This document shows positions 25,527-38,163 of a stretch of 64,000 nt of DNA, piece after piece (position 1 is the stretch's first letter; every line of letters starts with the position of its first letter). The DNA comes from Podarcis bocagei (taxonomy: Eukaryota), in assembly GCA_964188305.1 (NCBI GenBank), contig OZ076897.1; one strand, given 5' to 3'. The position numbers were made by a program, and so were the translations under genes. The notes below the pieces were generated by a model. The model was given only the letters and a program-made list of their open reading frames with translations, was not told the DNA's origin and searched no databases.

Positions 25527-26119
25527 TGAGATAGACAGACGCAGATAACACATCCCGCATAATGGTGGTGGTGGTTTTTACTATGGGGGTATTTTTATGG
25601 GCACCTTGCCTTTGTATTTTTTTTTAATGTGCTTTCCCTCCCGCAGTTCTACCCCTCCCATTTCGGAATATGGAAGAGCTGAAAGGCGGAGAGAGATAAG
25701 AAACAAGGGAAACAAACAGGAAACAAACATGGAAACTCAGAGTTGTGTTTGTGGTTTATTTCCAGCTCTGCAGGAAATATGACTGAGGAGTGGGGTATAT
25801 GCAGGAGCAGAACAGAAATGCCTTTTCCTCCCCTTAAAAAAAGAAAAGACGAGGAGAAAAGGGGCAGAGAGAGGAAAATGTGTATTTCAAAACACTGGGT
25901 TGACGTTTCTTATTCTAGCTCCCTCTGCCTCGGGACTGATCTCGGCGCTCCCTCGGCTTTATCCGGAGCCTCTCCGGGAACTCGGGCCCCGTTGGAGCTG
26001 CCCGAGCGGCCAAGTCTCCCCCTCGCCTTCGAATCGGCCAGGCGTCGGCTCGATCCTCTTCCCCTTCCATCATAGGACCTTGTGAGCCACCCTGATCTAT
26101 ACCACCTGTGATTCAGGAG

Positions 26120-26284
26120 GAGATTGGAGGATGGGGTCATATGACTGGTCACGTGGTGGAGGCAGCTCAGTCCAAAAGAAAATGGGGTTTGGTGTAAATC
26201 TGGGGGTGTAATGTTATCATATATCACGCTACCTCGTAAAACCGACACGGAAGCCTACCGGACCACAAATCACCGGTCAAAATT
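26120..26284 (+). promoter_or_regulatory. HOXA7 proximal promoter / 5' leader
   Basis: Reverse CCAAT (ATTGG 26123-26127), palindrome GTCATATGAC 26136-26145, E-box GTCACGTG 26148-26155, YY1-like AAAATGG and CTCGTAAAA directly upstream of the ATG. Confidence 0.7.
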
Positions 26285-26663
26285 ATGAGTTCTTCGTATT
26301 ATGTGAACGCTCTTTTTAGCAAATATACGACGGGGGCTGCTGCTCTCTTCCAAAATGCGGAGCCCACGTCTTGCTCCTTTGCTACCAACTCGCAGAGAAG
26401 CGGCTATGGACCAGGCGCTAGCGCGTTCACCTCCTCCATGCCTGCCTTGTACAACGTGAACAGCACCATATATCAAAGCCCGTTCTCTTCCGGATACAGC
26501 CTAGGCTCCGATGCCTACAACCTGCATTGCTCCTCTTTTGATCAGAACATTCCCGTCCTTTGCAATGACTTAACCAAACCCAGCTGTGACAAAGCGGAGG
26601 ACAGCAACCTGCACAGCCAGGCGGAGAGTAATTTCCGGATATATCCCTGGATGAGATCTTCAG
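26285..26663 (+). CDS. HOXA7: Homeobox protein Hox-A7, exon 1 (joins 28002-28318; 231 aa)
   Basis: MSSSYYVNALFSKYT N-terminus and NFRIYPWMRSS hexapeptide. Donor TCAG|GTATGG at 26663/26664, phase 1. Confidence 0.97.
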
Positions 26664-26914
26664 GTATGGGGGAGGAAGGAAGGAAGGAAGGAAGGGGGGT
26701 GGGGGACAAAACCGAGATGCGGGCGGGGAAGGCCGGGCTGAGAGGGGGGGGCGTTGGATTGAAAGCGCTGCCAAGCAGGCGAATGGCAACTTCCACGCGG
26801 GTGCGGGGGCAACTTCCACGCAAGGAGCGGGCGCGCGCCTGCCCTGCCTGCCTGCTTTTAATTAGAGCAAGCGGCGCCATTGCGCAGAAAGCCCGTGGCA
26901 TTGTATGTAAATGA

Positions 26915-26972
26915 GTCTCATAAAACTTTTTATTGCCCAATTAATGGGTTCTAGCCTCGTAAATTTATTTAA
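26915..26972. promoter_or_regulatory. HOXA7 intronic homeodomain-binding cluster (HB1-like)
   Basis: TCATAAAA, TTTATTG, CAATTAATGG and CTCGTAAATTTAT within about 60 bp. HB1-type elements are established in Hoxa7 and Hox4 introns. Confidence 0.6.
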
Positions 26973-27644
26973 CTCTCTCTCCCTCTTTCTCTTTCCCTCC
27001 CCTGATATGGAATGGGAGCGTTGGGTTGAATTTTTGGTCGGGGCCCTAGGGAAATATGGGAAGGGTGATGGCGAAGGTGCCGGCCCGAGACTGGCAGGGG
27101 GAGAGACTCGCTTCTCCTCGCCCGCACTGGCGAAGGAGGGGGGGGGGAGTAATGCTGAGTGAGAGAAGAGCCGGGGGTGCGGACTGGGGTGGGGGACGTA
27201 TCAGAGAGAGAGAAAAAAAATATATGGGGAAAAAATGGAGCTTTCTCTTGGAGTGAGCGAGAACGTTTGATACCCTATTATTAATCTGACCCACCCTCCG
27301 CAAGAAATATAGACGGTCAGTGGTAGGCATGTCAATAAAGAAATGGGTTATTGGAGCGATGCAAACCCGAACCTGCAGTTAATTTTGCGGGAGGACAGGA
27401 AGACCTGCTCTTTTAACTGGGAGCAAAAGCGAGCCCTGAGTTCCAGACACCGCTTTGACTTCCGCCAGAGTCTGGAATGTGGCGGGCAAACCGGAGAGAC
27501 TCTGCTTTCAGTCAATCGCCCTCTTTCCCCCGCCTGGGTTTATTTATTTAAACTACCTGGTTAAAACCCGAATTCCTCCACCCACCCGGTTTGTCGCCTT
27601 TGCCCCGGGCACTTGAGGGAAAGCTAAGCCTTCAGTTTTTAATA

Positions 27645-27781
27645 TACTGTGCAGGAATTTGCTTCCGAGTAGACGTGTCTCAGAATTGGACGGTCAGCTT
27701 CTACCCACTGGCCAGGAAGTTACGCCTTGCTGGACTCAATGGAGCTTACTTCTGAGTAGGCATGAGCAAGATTGAAGTGCT
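27645..27781. mobile_element. MITE-like family A copy plus half copy, in HOXA7 intron
   Basis: GCTTCCGAGTAGAC followed by CTCAATGGAGCTTACTTCTGAGTAGGCATG..AGATTG; abuts an assembly gap. Confidence 0.6.
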
Positions 27782-27910
27782 NNNNNNNNNNNNNNNNNNN
27801 NNNNNNNNNNNNNNNNNNNNNNNNNNNNNNNNNNNNNNNNNNNNNNNNNNNNNNNNNNNNNNNNNNNNNNNNNNNNNNNNNNNNNNNNNNNNNNNNNNNN
27901 NNNNNNNNNT

Positions 27911-28318
<408 letters not shown>

Positions 28319-28760
28319 ACGGACAACTCCCCCCCCTCTCCCGGGCTCTCGCTCGCCGGAGCCCAGCGCTCGTCTTCTGTATGCACGTGACATTGTAAAT
28401 GCTCTCTTCAAATAATAATTAAAATCTATTTAAAAAGGAGACCCTTGCAATCGCCAATTCCAATTATAAGGGATGGGGGGAGAGGTGAGTTCACCTCGAC
28501 TGGCCCTTCCGCATTCCCAGAGCATCCGAGACACAGCTCTGTGTAAACTAAGAGTAAAATTATCACTTGAACACCCGGACCAGTTTGGCTGTGAATGTCC
28601 AGACCTGTTGTATTATTATTTTTTGTTACATGATAGACGGATAGATTTTTCTCCCCGCCCTGATATCTGTGAGGGGAGGGGGTGTCGTAACTTGCACATA
28701 ATAAGAAAAAGAAAAGGGGGCAAAAACGCTGGGGAGCCGCATATAGTTTAACTTCCAAAT

Positions 28761-29032
28761 AAACTACCTGACTGTACTGGTCCCAATCAATCGCTAAGGG
28801 ATAAGTTCACACTCAAACTACCTAATTTACGCTGAGGATCGATGTACTTCCAGTTACTGAATTTTTTTGTTGTTGTTTCTTTGTTTAAAATAACCTGAAG
28901 AAGGATTTGGGGGTGGGTGGGGAATTTCGAATTCCATGCGGGAGAAAACAATGACCTAAACCACTACACTCAGCTGCAGTGATTTGTACTACCTATTTTC
29001 CAAACTACCTATTATCTAGCTCCGCCTACCTA
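28761..29032 (+). promoter_or_regulatory. Cluster of five miR-196 seed sites in the HOXA7 3' UTR
   Basis: ACTACCT 28763-28769; 8mers ACTACCTA at 28817-28824, 28988-28995 and 29004-29011; CTACCTA 29026-29032. All are complementary to the seed of the miR-196 encoded at 9850. Confidence 0.85.
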
Positions 29033-29745
29033 TCTTCAAAATTATGCTGTATTTTATTAATGCAAAAAGGAAAGATGACAATACTTAAAAGCGGACCTTC
29101 CTTGCAGGACCTGAAGCGTAGCGCATAAGGTATAAAAGGGAAAACAATTGAAACGGGAGGCCTTCCCAAGTCCGCCACAGGATTTGATGCCTGGTATTGT
29201 TGAGTATAATTTAAAGTTTTTAAATAATAATAATAATAATATATTTATTCTAAGGCTGTTATTAAGTGGAAACAATATGCTGCAATGTAAGCTTTCGTCA
29301 CACAAGTCTTCGCTAGGCCGAATTTGATGGAGGTTAAACCATCGCAATGGATTTGTACAAAGCGGTTTCATCGCGTCCTTTTTGTGCGGCTCTGCTCAAG
29401 GCCGATTTAGTGTTCCCTTTTGAGTTTTCTACCATTCTGCTTGATGCAACTGAAAAACACACAAAGCAACAAATTGAAAAAAAAAAGATGTGAATTTAAG
29501 CACCGGCCACATATACCTATTCTCAGCCACCTTATTCCCTTCTCCCTATTGCCAGAATGTGTTAAGTGGGAAGCAGCGTTGATTTTCATAACAAAGAACG
29601 AATATTGTATATTGGGTCGAGGGAGGCTTGAGCCATTTCTGATTTTCTTGGACCTCATTGATAAATATACCATGTCATCTGCTGGGAAGCCTGTACTTGG
29701 TTAGGCAAACTTTGTAGCATGAAGCAACGTTGACAACTCTGTATA

Positions 29746-29751
29746 AATAAA
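29746..29751 (+). terminator. Candidate HOXA7 polyadenylation signal
   Basis: AATAAA about 1.4 kb after the stop codon; another AATAAA near 29947. Confidence 0.4.
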
Positions 29752-30849
29752 TTCTGCCTTGAAAGTTTTGGCTAAACTTTATTCATAAAATGTACGTTAC
29801 AATGTGTTTTTCCACTGTGAACATTGAGGTATCTCGTGTTAAAATTGAAGGGGGCGGGAAGTGCGTGTGTGTGTGCGTCTGCGTGAATACTCTTCGGAGG
29901 TGCTGTCGTGTATCGCCCACGTTCGATGTGTTTTATGTTACACAGAAATAAAAAATGCTTGTTGACAAAATATCCTCTCTTTTTTATTATTAAAAGTTAC
30001 ATATCTATATAAACATTTATATACACGTCTAGGCACACATGCAGACCCGCATCCAAATGCGAAAGTCCCGAGTATATACAAAACAACCCAAAGCAACCAG
30101 CGATAACTCTCTCAACCTGGTACTTGGAAATGAATGTTAATATAATCACTAAGATCTGCTCTCACAGTGATCTACTTTATATATGAGAATGAGCGAGCAG
30201 GCTGCTAGCCACCCAGCAAGCAACCCAAATATTACTTGGGCGGAAATCTCGTGGATTCCAATCAGAGTTCCTTCCCCATAGTATAATGGGGATATAAAAG
30301 AGAGATTTTGCTTAAGATGAGTCTACTGGTTCGTTGGAAAACATACATCTGATTTCAAAGTAGGTCCTAATTAACTAATTCAGGATTTGTTTTTCAAACG
30401 CATCTCGCGCGGTATATATAAGCTGGTATAGTCCGCACTTTGGAGAGGAAGTCACTGAAATTTCTGGAATGGAATGACTATAAGGCGCTTTAAGGCGCCG
30501 TCTGGAGGGTGCACGGTAGCCCCCGGAACACGGAATTAAGGACAATGCCATTAGCAAAGATATAACACGTATAGAACCTATTTCCATAGCATATTCCCAA
30601 AATATTTCTCCTACGAGCAATTTTTCTCCCCGCCCCCTTTTTATTCATTTAAAGCAAAACTGAGTGCTATCTCTCATATATATATATATATATGGAAAGA
30701 TAAATAAGAGTGGTGAGTGAATAAGGGCAGATTTCCTGCTGCTCTGTTAAAAGCGTGTGGCACAGTTTTAATATTCCCCCTATTATAAAATACAATTCAA
30801 AAATTGTCCAGACTGTGGGTCCTTTAAAAAATCTAGAGCTTGCCTCTCT

Positions 30850-31150
30850 GGTAAAATGGCGCCTCTCTAAGTCCTGCCTCTTTCTTAGTGAGGAGGAAAG
30901 AGCCATAAATCCGTTGTTGTTTATGAAAATTTACAACTTTGCAATACAACTTTATGAGTGGTTCCGTTCCTCCATTGGTTGCCGATGGTCATGTGGATGG
31001 CAACCGTGAACATGAACTTTTTTATAATTTCCCTGGCGAGAATAGAGCTGCATTCTTTTGCTCAGCTCTGTCCTGCTTCGGATCTCTCTGGCTTTTCAGT
31101 CCCCCCCCACCTCCACCACCCCCGATTTTCATTTGTCCTTTGTAAGTCAA
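30850..31150 (+). promoter_or_regulatory. Conserved Hox7-Hox6 intergenic element / distal promoter
   Basis: YY1 motif AAAATGGCG 30853-30861, Cdx/Hox sites CCATAAA 30903 and TTTATGA 30920 and 30951, ATTGG 30974-30978, GTCATGTG E-box, and downstream donor-like GTAAGT 31142-31147. Resembles the deeply conserved sequence at this position in vertebrate Hox clusters (recalled). Confidence 0.65.
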
Positions 31151-34100
31151 TAGGGAGCCGGGTGGATGGAGGTTCAGAGCAGGCAGTCGCCTAGAACGCA
31201 GGTCTTGGATGGCAATTTCCAGTTCCTCCGCCGGAAGGTGTGGCATATTGGATTCAAAGCGCTGGAGTGGCAGATTTTCAACTCGCAACCTGGCTAATTT
31301 CCTGCTTCTTCTGGCACCAAAAGGAGGGCGATTCGTCTCCGGTGCAGCCAAAGCGACAGCTGTCAAAGTAGCAGGGGCTCCTGCAAGCCAGAACCTAAAA
31401 AGGTGAGAAATTCAGAGAACTACCAGCATGAGCGAGCAACCTCTGTTATAACATTAGACTAGACAAACCTGGAAAATCAGCATCCTTCTCTGAAACAGAT
31501 TAGACATAGAATGTTGATCCGCCAAAGGTGCGATGGTGCCAATTGACTCTCTAAGCTTTCTGGATTGTGCCGGGTGCAATCAAAACAGACCAGAACTGCT
31601 AGTGAGCCTGTAGATATGCTATTTTAGCACCGGCTGCAGCTACATTTGCTTAAGAATAACCTGTATTTTTTTGAAGCCACGGGAGATTTTAGAAACCGTC
31701 TCATTAAATGTTGCGTTGATAGTAAGGCAGAGCTGGAATGCTTCTAAAATGTGTATTTTAGCAAAGCGGGTGCGTTTTGACTTTTTGTGTGTTTAATGCG
31801 TGGTTGTTGTTGCTATGAGATCTGTCAATGTAAATAGAGAGTTTAGGAACTTATCGCTTCATTTTAGATGTTAGGTGGAAATTAATGCCGGTAACGTCAG
31901 AGGATAGATTATGCATGCACTCGATTGCTCCATCTTCAGATGAAGATGTACGTACAAATAGCATGGTAGTCACGTATATCGTATGGCGCCTGGATAACAT
32001 TAGGAGCTTTTTAAAGTCCCGAAATGCAGCTTGTTCCTTAATGATAACTAAGGATTAAATGCAATAAAGAAGCTTGCTTCAGAATCACAAAATGCGGCTT
32101 TTTGTTTGGTGGAGACGGAGGAGTGTTTGTGTGGATGTGAGAGAAAAACAGGTTAATGAAATAATAGAAAATTATCCTCAAAATCGGTATAGGTGGAGGG
32201 ATGTGGTGAAGCAATATTTTCGTAAGGGTACGTAATTTTGTGTGATGCGCCCATTTTGTGTCGTCTCCTTAAAATGGTTTTCTGGGAGGAAAATATTTCG
32301 GATTGCATATCTTTAAATATTCATTTCAGTTGTTAAAGATGAGAAGCAGTTATCTTATGTGTTCAGAACGATGGGTGTCCCCCCCCCCACTTCTCCGAGC
32401 TGATAAAGAATTACGTGTGCATTGCATTGCAGTATCTGGCTGACTGCAACCGCAGTGAATGTCGGATTATTTATCGCCAAGTGGAGTGTACTCAGTGCTG
32501 CCACTGTGTGGTTGAAGGTGGTACTGGACGCAGAGTGAGCTGGTGCAACCGCCAGTATCACACACACACACACATACAAACACACACACAAACCCGCAGA
32601 ACGTAGCGGGTGGTTCTCCACTGGAAAACTCTATTTGTAAAAATCGGCCTTCAGTTGCCCACCTCAAGCCGTATCGCTTTAAGGATTCTTTTTCCGCGAG
32701 AGCTTAAAAAAATTTACGTGGCAGACGGGATTTGAAGGGGACACCCCGGAAAGATATTGTTGTTGAACCGAATGTTTTGGCGTGGTGAATTGGAAGGACC
32801 AGGAAGCTAACACGTCCAGTCTAAACAATAGCTGAGATTGCGAGAACTGTTTGGATTAGCGGCTGTTAGCTAAATGTTGCTTTCTGTTACACCTCTGAAC
32901 CTAAGAAGGATTTGCAAGTGGATTTATACCTTAGGGAAACGGAGCTTTTAAGCTTAAGAGGGTAACTGCCCCCCGCACCTGTATTCTAACTTTGTTTGAC
33001 TTATGGCTTCGATTGAATGAAAGCCCGAGAGCAAAGGGGGTGGATGGGGGGAAACCTCGCACTGTTAAACGGGTAGTCACACATTTTAAATCGATGGGTA
33101 CTGCTATATATATATTTTTTTTAAAAAAAAGTTTTGGAGTTTTGCATGTTTTCTTTTAAACGGGGCCACTCCAGCTGTTTACCTTGCTTCGGTCAGGAAT
33201 GTGTCTCCGGGAGCTTGTCTGGGTTCATTTGAGAAGCTGCAGTCTATGGCAAGGCTTCTGCTTAGCAGATGTGGGTCTCGGAACCTCTAGCTGGGGAGGG
33301 GCGACTTTTTCTACTGGCAGACCTTGATATATATATATATATATTTGTACATTGGAATGCAACCATGACATTATTATTATTATTATTACATTGCATCTTG
33401 CTAAATAACCTCGTTAAGAGACCTGGTGAGCGTTGCATGCACTTTCGTACTTTTAATTCTGCTTTATTTGGTTCTTGGTGAGTAAAAGAAAAATGAGGGA
33501 GATGCCTTCGTTATATTGCGCTGAATTTACAGACACTTCCCTACAGTTTGTATTTTTCCTGGCTGCTGGTCTTTGCAGGATAATTTGAGAGTGGCATTTT
33601 GGTTCATTAAAACTGATGGGGTGGGGAACCCCAGCACAACTTCCTGAAAATATTAATAGAGAATGAAGAAATGTTTTACCTGTCCTTCAACGGTATGAAG
33701 TTTCCCACTTTCAAGTGTCTTGTGCATCCTGACGTTATATAGCTGCACTGTAAAAATGTTTGAAACGTGATTTACTCATTTTTTGTTGTTCTCGGCGAAT
33801 GGTTAGCTTCCTGTTCCTCTGCTTCTGAGCTCTCCCACCTATACTATCGATTGCATTTATAGGTAACCTTTTAGCGGAAAGATTGGGGAAGTCCTTTGAA
33901 AGCACTCGCCATTATTGGAGGTAATCGAGAGTTGCCTGTGAAACCCCGATGAGGGGCGCAAACAATGCACACGGTGGGGAGACGTTTTAACTTACTGCTG
34001 TTTTATAGATCCCGTAATGGGGCTCCGGAAATGAAACAAACCAGATTGCAACTGGGACAAAGCTCACGGCTTTCAAGCCAATTGAGGGATAGTTTTTAAA

Positions 34101-34179
34101 GCGCCCATTCAAAAACTCGAGTCTTGTGGAGGGAAGTGTAAATCGCTACCCAGGCAATTGGCACAGAAAACATTTTGTG

Positions 34180-34270
34180 GGCCTCTGCCCTAAAGACACT
34201 TTACTTGGGACCAAAGTCCTAATGGGCTCAGGGGGGGGGGACTTACTTCTGAGTAAACCTGCTTAGAAAT
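34180..34270. mobile_element. MITE-like element family A (degenerate)
   Basis: CCTAAAGACACTTTACTTGGGA..AAGTCC..GGGACTTACTTCTGAGTAAAC. Confidence 0.6.
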
Positions 34271-35620
34271 GAATCAAATGTATTAAAAGCGTGGATCTAT
34301 CAGATGTTAGCATTAGTACCTCTGCTACCTTAGGCCTAGGCGTACCGCCTTCTTTTCATCACCCTAAAATTTCCACCACGTTTGTGGGGGAGGGATTACA
34401 GTGTGGTGCTTGCTAGGTGATGTCTGGGGGAGTCCACAACAGCCAGGTTAAATATAAAGATGAAAAGGGGCAGCCCCCCCCACCCAAAGTACTGGCTATA
34501 AAGGGTATTTGTGCAAAGTTCGCCATGACGGGTTTCCCCTCTGCCTGCCAGACTGAGACAAAAACAAGGACTAAAGCTGCAGATATATTCCTTGACGAGT
34601 TAAAAAATGTCAACAAGAAAAACAAGCCTGTCCTTGCCGGAATGATTCAGCCTTTTCAAAGCTTCTGATGTCTTGTCCTCAGCTACTTTCGAGAGGATTC
34701 CTTTGCCAAAAACAATAACAAAAAAAACACCACCCACTGCCAACACACAATAACAACCACGTCGAGACATCCTCACTTCTTTCCTGCTTTCCGAATTACT
34801 ATTAAAATTGTCTGGGTCAAGCTTAACAGACGAGATTATTTTCCTCAGCCACCAAGAGGCTCAAAGAAGAAGAATTATTGCAGAGAAACGTATCTGCGTG
34901 CGCGTGTTTTCTTACTAACCAAATAAAACTAGGCTAAGCGGTATTCGATATTATTATTAATTATTATTATTATTACCTGAATCGAAACATTTTGGGAAGC
35001 CTTGTATGACTAAGCTTATTCTCCCCGCCCCACCCCGGACTAGGAATATGTGAAAATAATTGAAGCTTTTAATTGAGGTGGTCTCTTTTTAATCCGATCA
35101 GTGAGCAGAAGTTCCCGTTTTCGAACTTGTTTGACATTTTCTTATTATATTTTTAAAATTCTTAGATACCACATAAATCAACCAACCGGCTGCCTTGCTT
35201 TCATCTTCCGGGAAGGGGGGAGGCTGAGGGGTCCTGGCGGGAGAATCAATGGGGAGGGGACAATGGGGAGTTTCCTGGGTGCTGCTTCATAACGCCTTCA
35301 GTCTAGACACCCTAACTTTGCAGAGGTGCCTCTTTTGCTTACAGATGCCAGCGGGGCTGTGCTCTGGGTGTCTACAATCACCTTGATTTATTTATCTATA
35401 CAACAACACACACACACACACAATTCCTCTCTAGCCTTCCCCCGCCTCCAGCTTTTTGGCACAGCGGACGATAACCGCTGTTTCCAAGTTGCCATCCATC
35501 TGCCGGGCTCCGGCGGCGGCTGAGATACGGCGGCTGGGGGGTGTTGTTTGTAACTTTGCTGGTTCGGTGGCGGCGGGTCCCAGGGGAGAAGGGCCCTCCG
35601 CCGCTCTCTCATTGGTCGCC

Positions 35621-35639
35621 GAGCCATCAGCTGGTGCTA
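35621..35639 (+). promoter_or_regulatory. CTCF binding motif, HOXA6|7 position
   Basis: GAGCCATCAGCTGGTGCTA aligns to the consensus TGGCCACCAGGGGGCGCTA, about 120 bp upstream of the HOXA6 ATG and next to an ATTGG box. Confidence 0.55.
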
Positions 35640-35760
35640 TTTGCTGCTGTCGCTTTTGGCGCTCGGCCATCCAGAAACAAACCACTTCGATGACTACTAA
35701 TAGTTATAGCCAGATGTACTAATACACAACAAATCACGGTCCGGGATCTGGGGAGCGTCA

Positions 35761-36211
35761 ATGAGTTCCTATTTTGTGAATCCCACTTTCCCGGGGAGCC
35801 TGCCTAATGGGCAGGAGTCGTTCCTCGGGCAGATCCCCATCTACCCAGCTGGGTACGAGGCTCTGAGGCACTTCCCAGCCTCTTATGGGGCCGGCAGCCT
35901 GCAGGACAAGACCTACTCCTCACCTTGCTTCTATCAACAGTCCACCAACACGGTCATCGCCTGCAACCGGGCATCCTATGACTATGGAGCCTCCTGCTTC
36001 TATCCAGACAAGGACTTGGGCGGCGCCTCCTCGCCCTCCGGCAGTGGCAAGCAAAGGGCCAGCCACCCTGGGGACTATCTGCCCTGCTTTGCTTCTGACC
36101 AGCAGTACAAGCCCGAGAGCGGGCCGGCCAAAATCCTAAACGAGGAAGGAAGCGACCGGAAGTACAGCAGCCCTGTTTATCCTTGGATGCAAAGGATGAA
36201 TTCGTGCGCTG
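35761..36211 (+). CDS. HOXA6: Homeobox protein Hox-A6, exon 1 (joins 37907-38163; 235 aa)
   Basis: [16 protein letters not shown]-terminus, [15 protein letters not shown] and [14 protein letters not shown] hexapeptide region. Donor GCTG|GTAAGT at 36211/36212, phase 1. Confidence 0.97.
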
Positions 36212-37163
36212 GTAAGTCACAGGGATGCAAGCAAGACTCAAGGGGTGGGCGGGCGAGTGAGGGTGAAAGTGAAGTTGAGGGGGGAGAGAGATAAAGGGCT
36301 TTGGGGGAGGATGGAGGAATATGAGAGGGGTTTTTTTGCAGGGGGGTGAGCTGGATCTATGAAGACCAGTGTCACCTGCAAGCAAATGGGTAGACTGAGA
36401 TTCCTCTCCAGGTTCTCCTCTATCCTGACACTTTGCTGGGCGGGGTGAGGTCGGGTGGGGGGGGGGTTACTTTGAAAAAGTATGCATTTATTTATTTATT
36501 TATTTATTTATTTATTTTAAAGGAAAGGTCGCCTAAAGTCTGAGTCAGCAGATAAAGGTTTGAATGCCCAACAGTCATACCTGAGAGCCAGTTCGGTATA
36601 AAGTACTAAGATCTGGTGCTCGTTGTAGGCTTGGTTGGTGGTTACTGCTGCTACCAGTACGAAATAATCATGATTAAAAGAAGCCCGCTTCCCTGAGAGC
36701 CAAAGACTGATGCAGAGGAATATGCCCTCTGTATTGACTGCTCAATATATTTGCAAGACAGATCCTCTCTTCCCCCTCCCTTCACCCACTCATTAGTGTG
36801 TAAGTATTAGCTACTGAATGCACGTTTTCCAGTAATATGTGCACGCACACAAATCATCTACTGGGGGCGGAGGAGGTGGGAAGAGAGGAAACTTGATCAA
36901 TGGCCAAATTCCCATTGATTTCAATGGATCAGAATTTCATCCTTTGTCCATCTTAAAGGGGAAGTTTGGAAAAGACATGCAAAATTTAAACTCCACGAGG
37001 CATTTTTATTCAGGTTTTTCCTACATAAGTTTACCTTCTCCGTTGTGAGTTTGTTTCTTTTGGGGGTACCACACTGCAGTAAATATAGCACTGCAGGGGC
37101 GGGGGCTTCTTGCTTTAAGAATGCATACTAGGATTTATTTCTTTGTAATTATGTTCGTTTCTA

Positions 37164-37505
37164 GGCTGTTATCCTAAGAGCACTTCCTTGAAAGTAGGCT
37201 TTACTGAAATCGATGGCCTTGCAAATAAATGAGCTCAGATACTGGTATCTGTTGCTTTAATTATTATGAAAGGTCGTGGTCCAGACAAAGTTAAGCACTT
37301 TCAGGTCGCACTTATTTTAAATCGAGCAGAGTTAAGGACGTGCGCCTGCTCGAGTTTGCCTCTGAAAACCAATGGAGCTGCTTAACTTTGTCCGGATCCT
37401 GCCCAGGTACCCTATTGGCGTGATCTTAGGCATGTTCACTTATAAGTAGGTCCTGATGAGTTCCATGGGGTTTACTCCCAGGCAGATGGGTATAGGATTG
37501 CAGCC
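37164..37505. mobile_element. Cluster of three MITE-like elements in HOXA6 intron (family A 37164-~37245 and 37417-37505; family B ~37275-37402)
   Basis: Family A ends GGCTGTTATCCTA and TATAGGATTGCAGCC. Family B has a 17/18 inverted repeat TCCAGACAAAGTTAAGCA (37280-37297) / TGCTTAACTTTGTCCGGA (37379-37396). Confidence 0.7.
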
Positions 37506-37881
37506 TGAGTTTTTGCCGACGCCACAGCGAGATAGAAATGTTACACACCCCACACAGAGTCAGTCACAGCGTGTGCATATGTGCCCGTTTGCGTGCCATA
37601 TGAGAGTATTTTCTGCGTGTTGAGCGCGGAATTTTAGCCCCGACGTCAATACGAACATTGGCTTCCCAAAGTTCTGCTACCAACTTAGATATCCCTGGGA
37701 AAATTTAACCCGGGAAACGTTGAGGAAGGGACTGAACTTTCCCCACGCATCTCCTTATATCTTCCTATGCGAGGATATGGGCTGGGGGTGGGGGAGAGAG
37801 GGGGGAAAACGCACACACCAGCGCAGCTCGAAGCAGTTTTCCTCCATTGTTAACAGAAAGCACGAAGGCCTCTTCAACTGA

Positions 37882-38163
<282 letters not shown>

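Noticed and set aside
19100-26100. Possible HOXA8 remnant in the HOXA9-HOXA7 interval
   Set aside because: No WFQNRR, YPWM or homeobox-like fragment was seen. HoxA8 loss is ancient. Two gaps in this interval remain unseen.
27550-27560. miR-196 seed match AAACTACCT in the HOXA7 intron
   Set aside because: It is intronic and absent from the mature mRNA.
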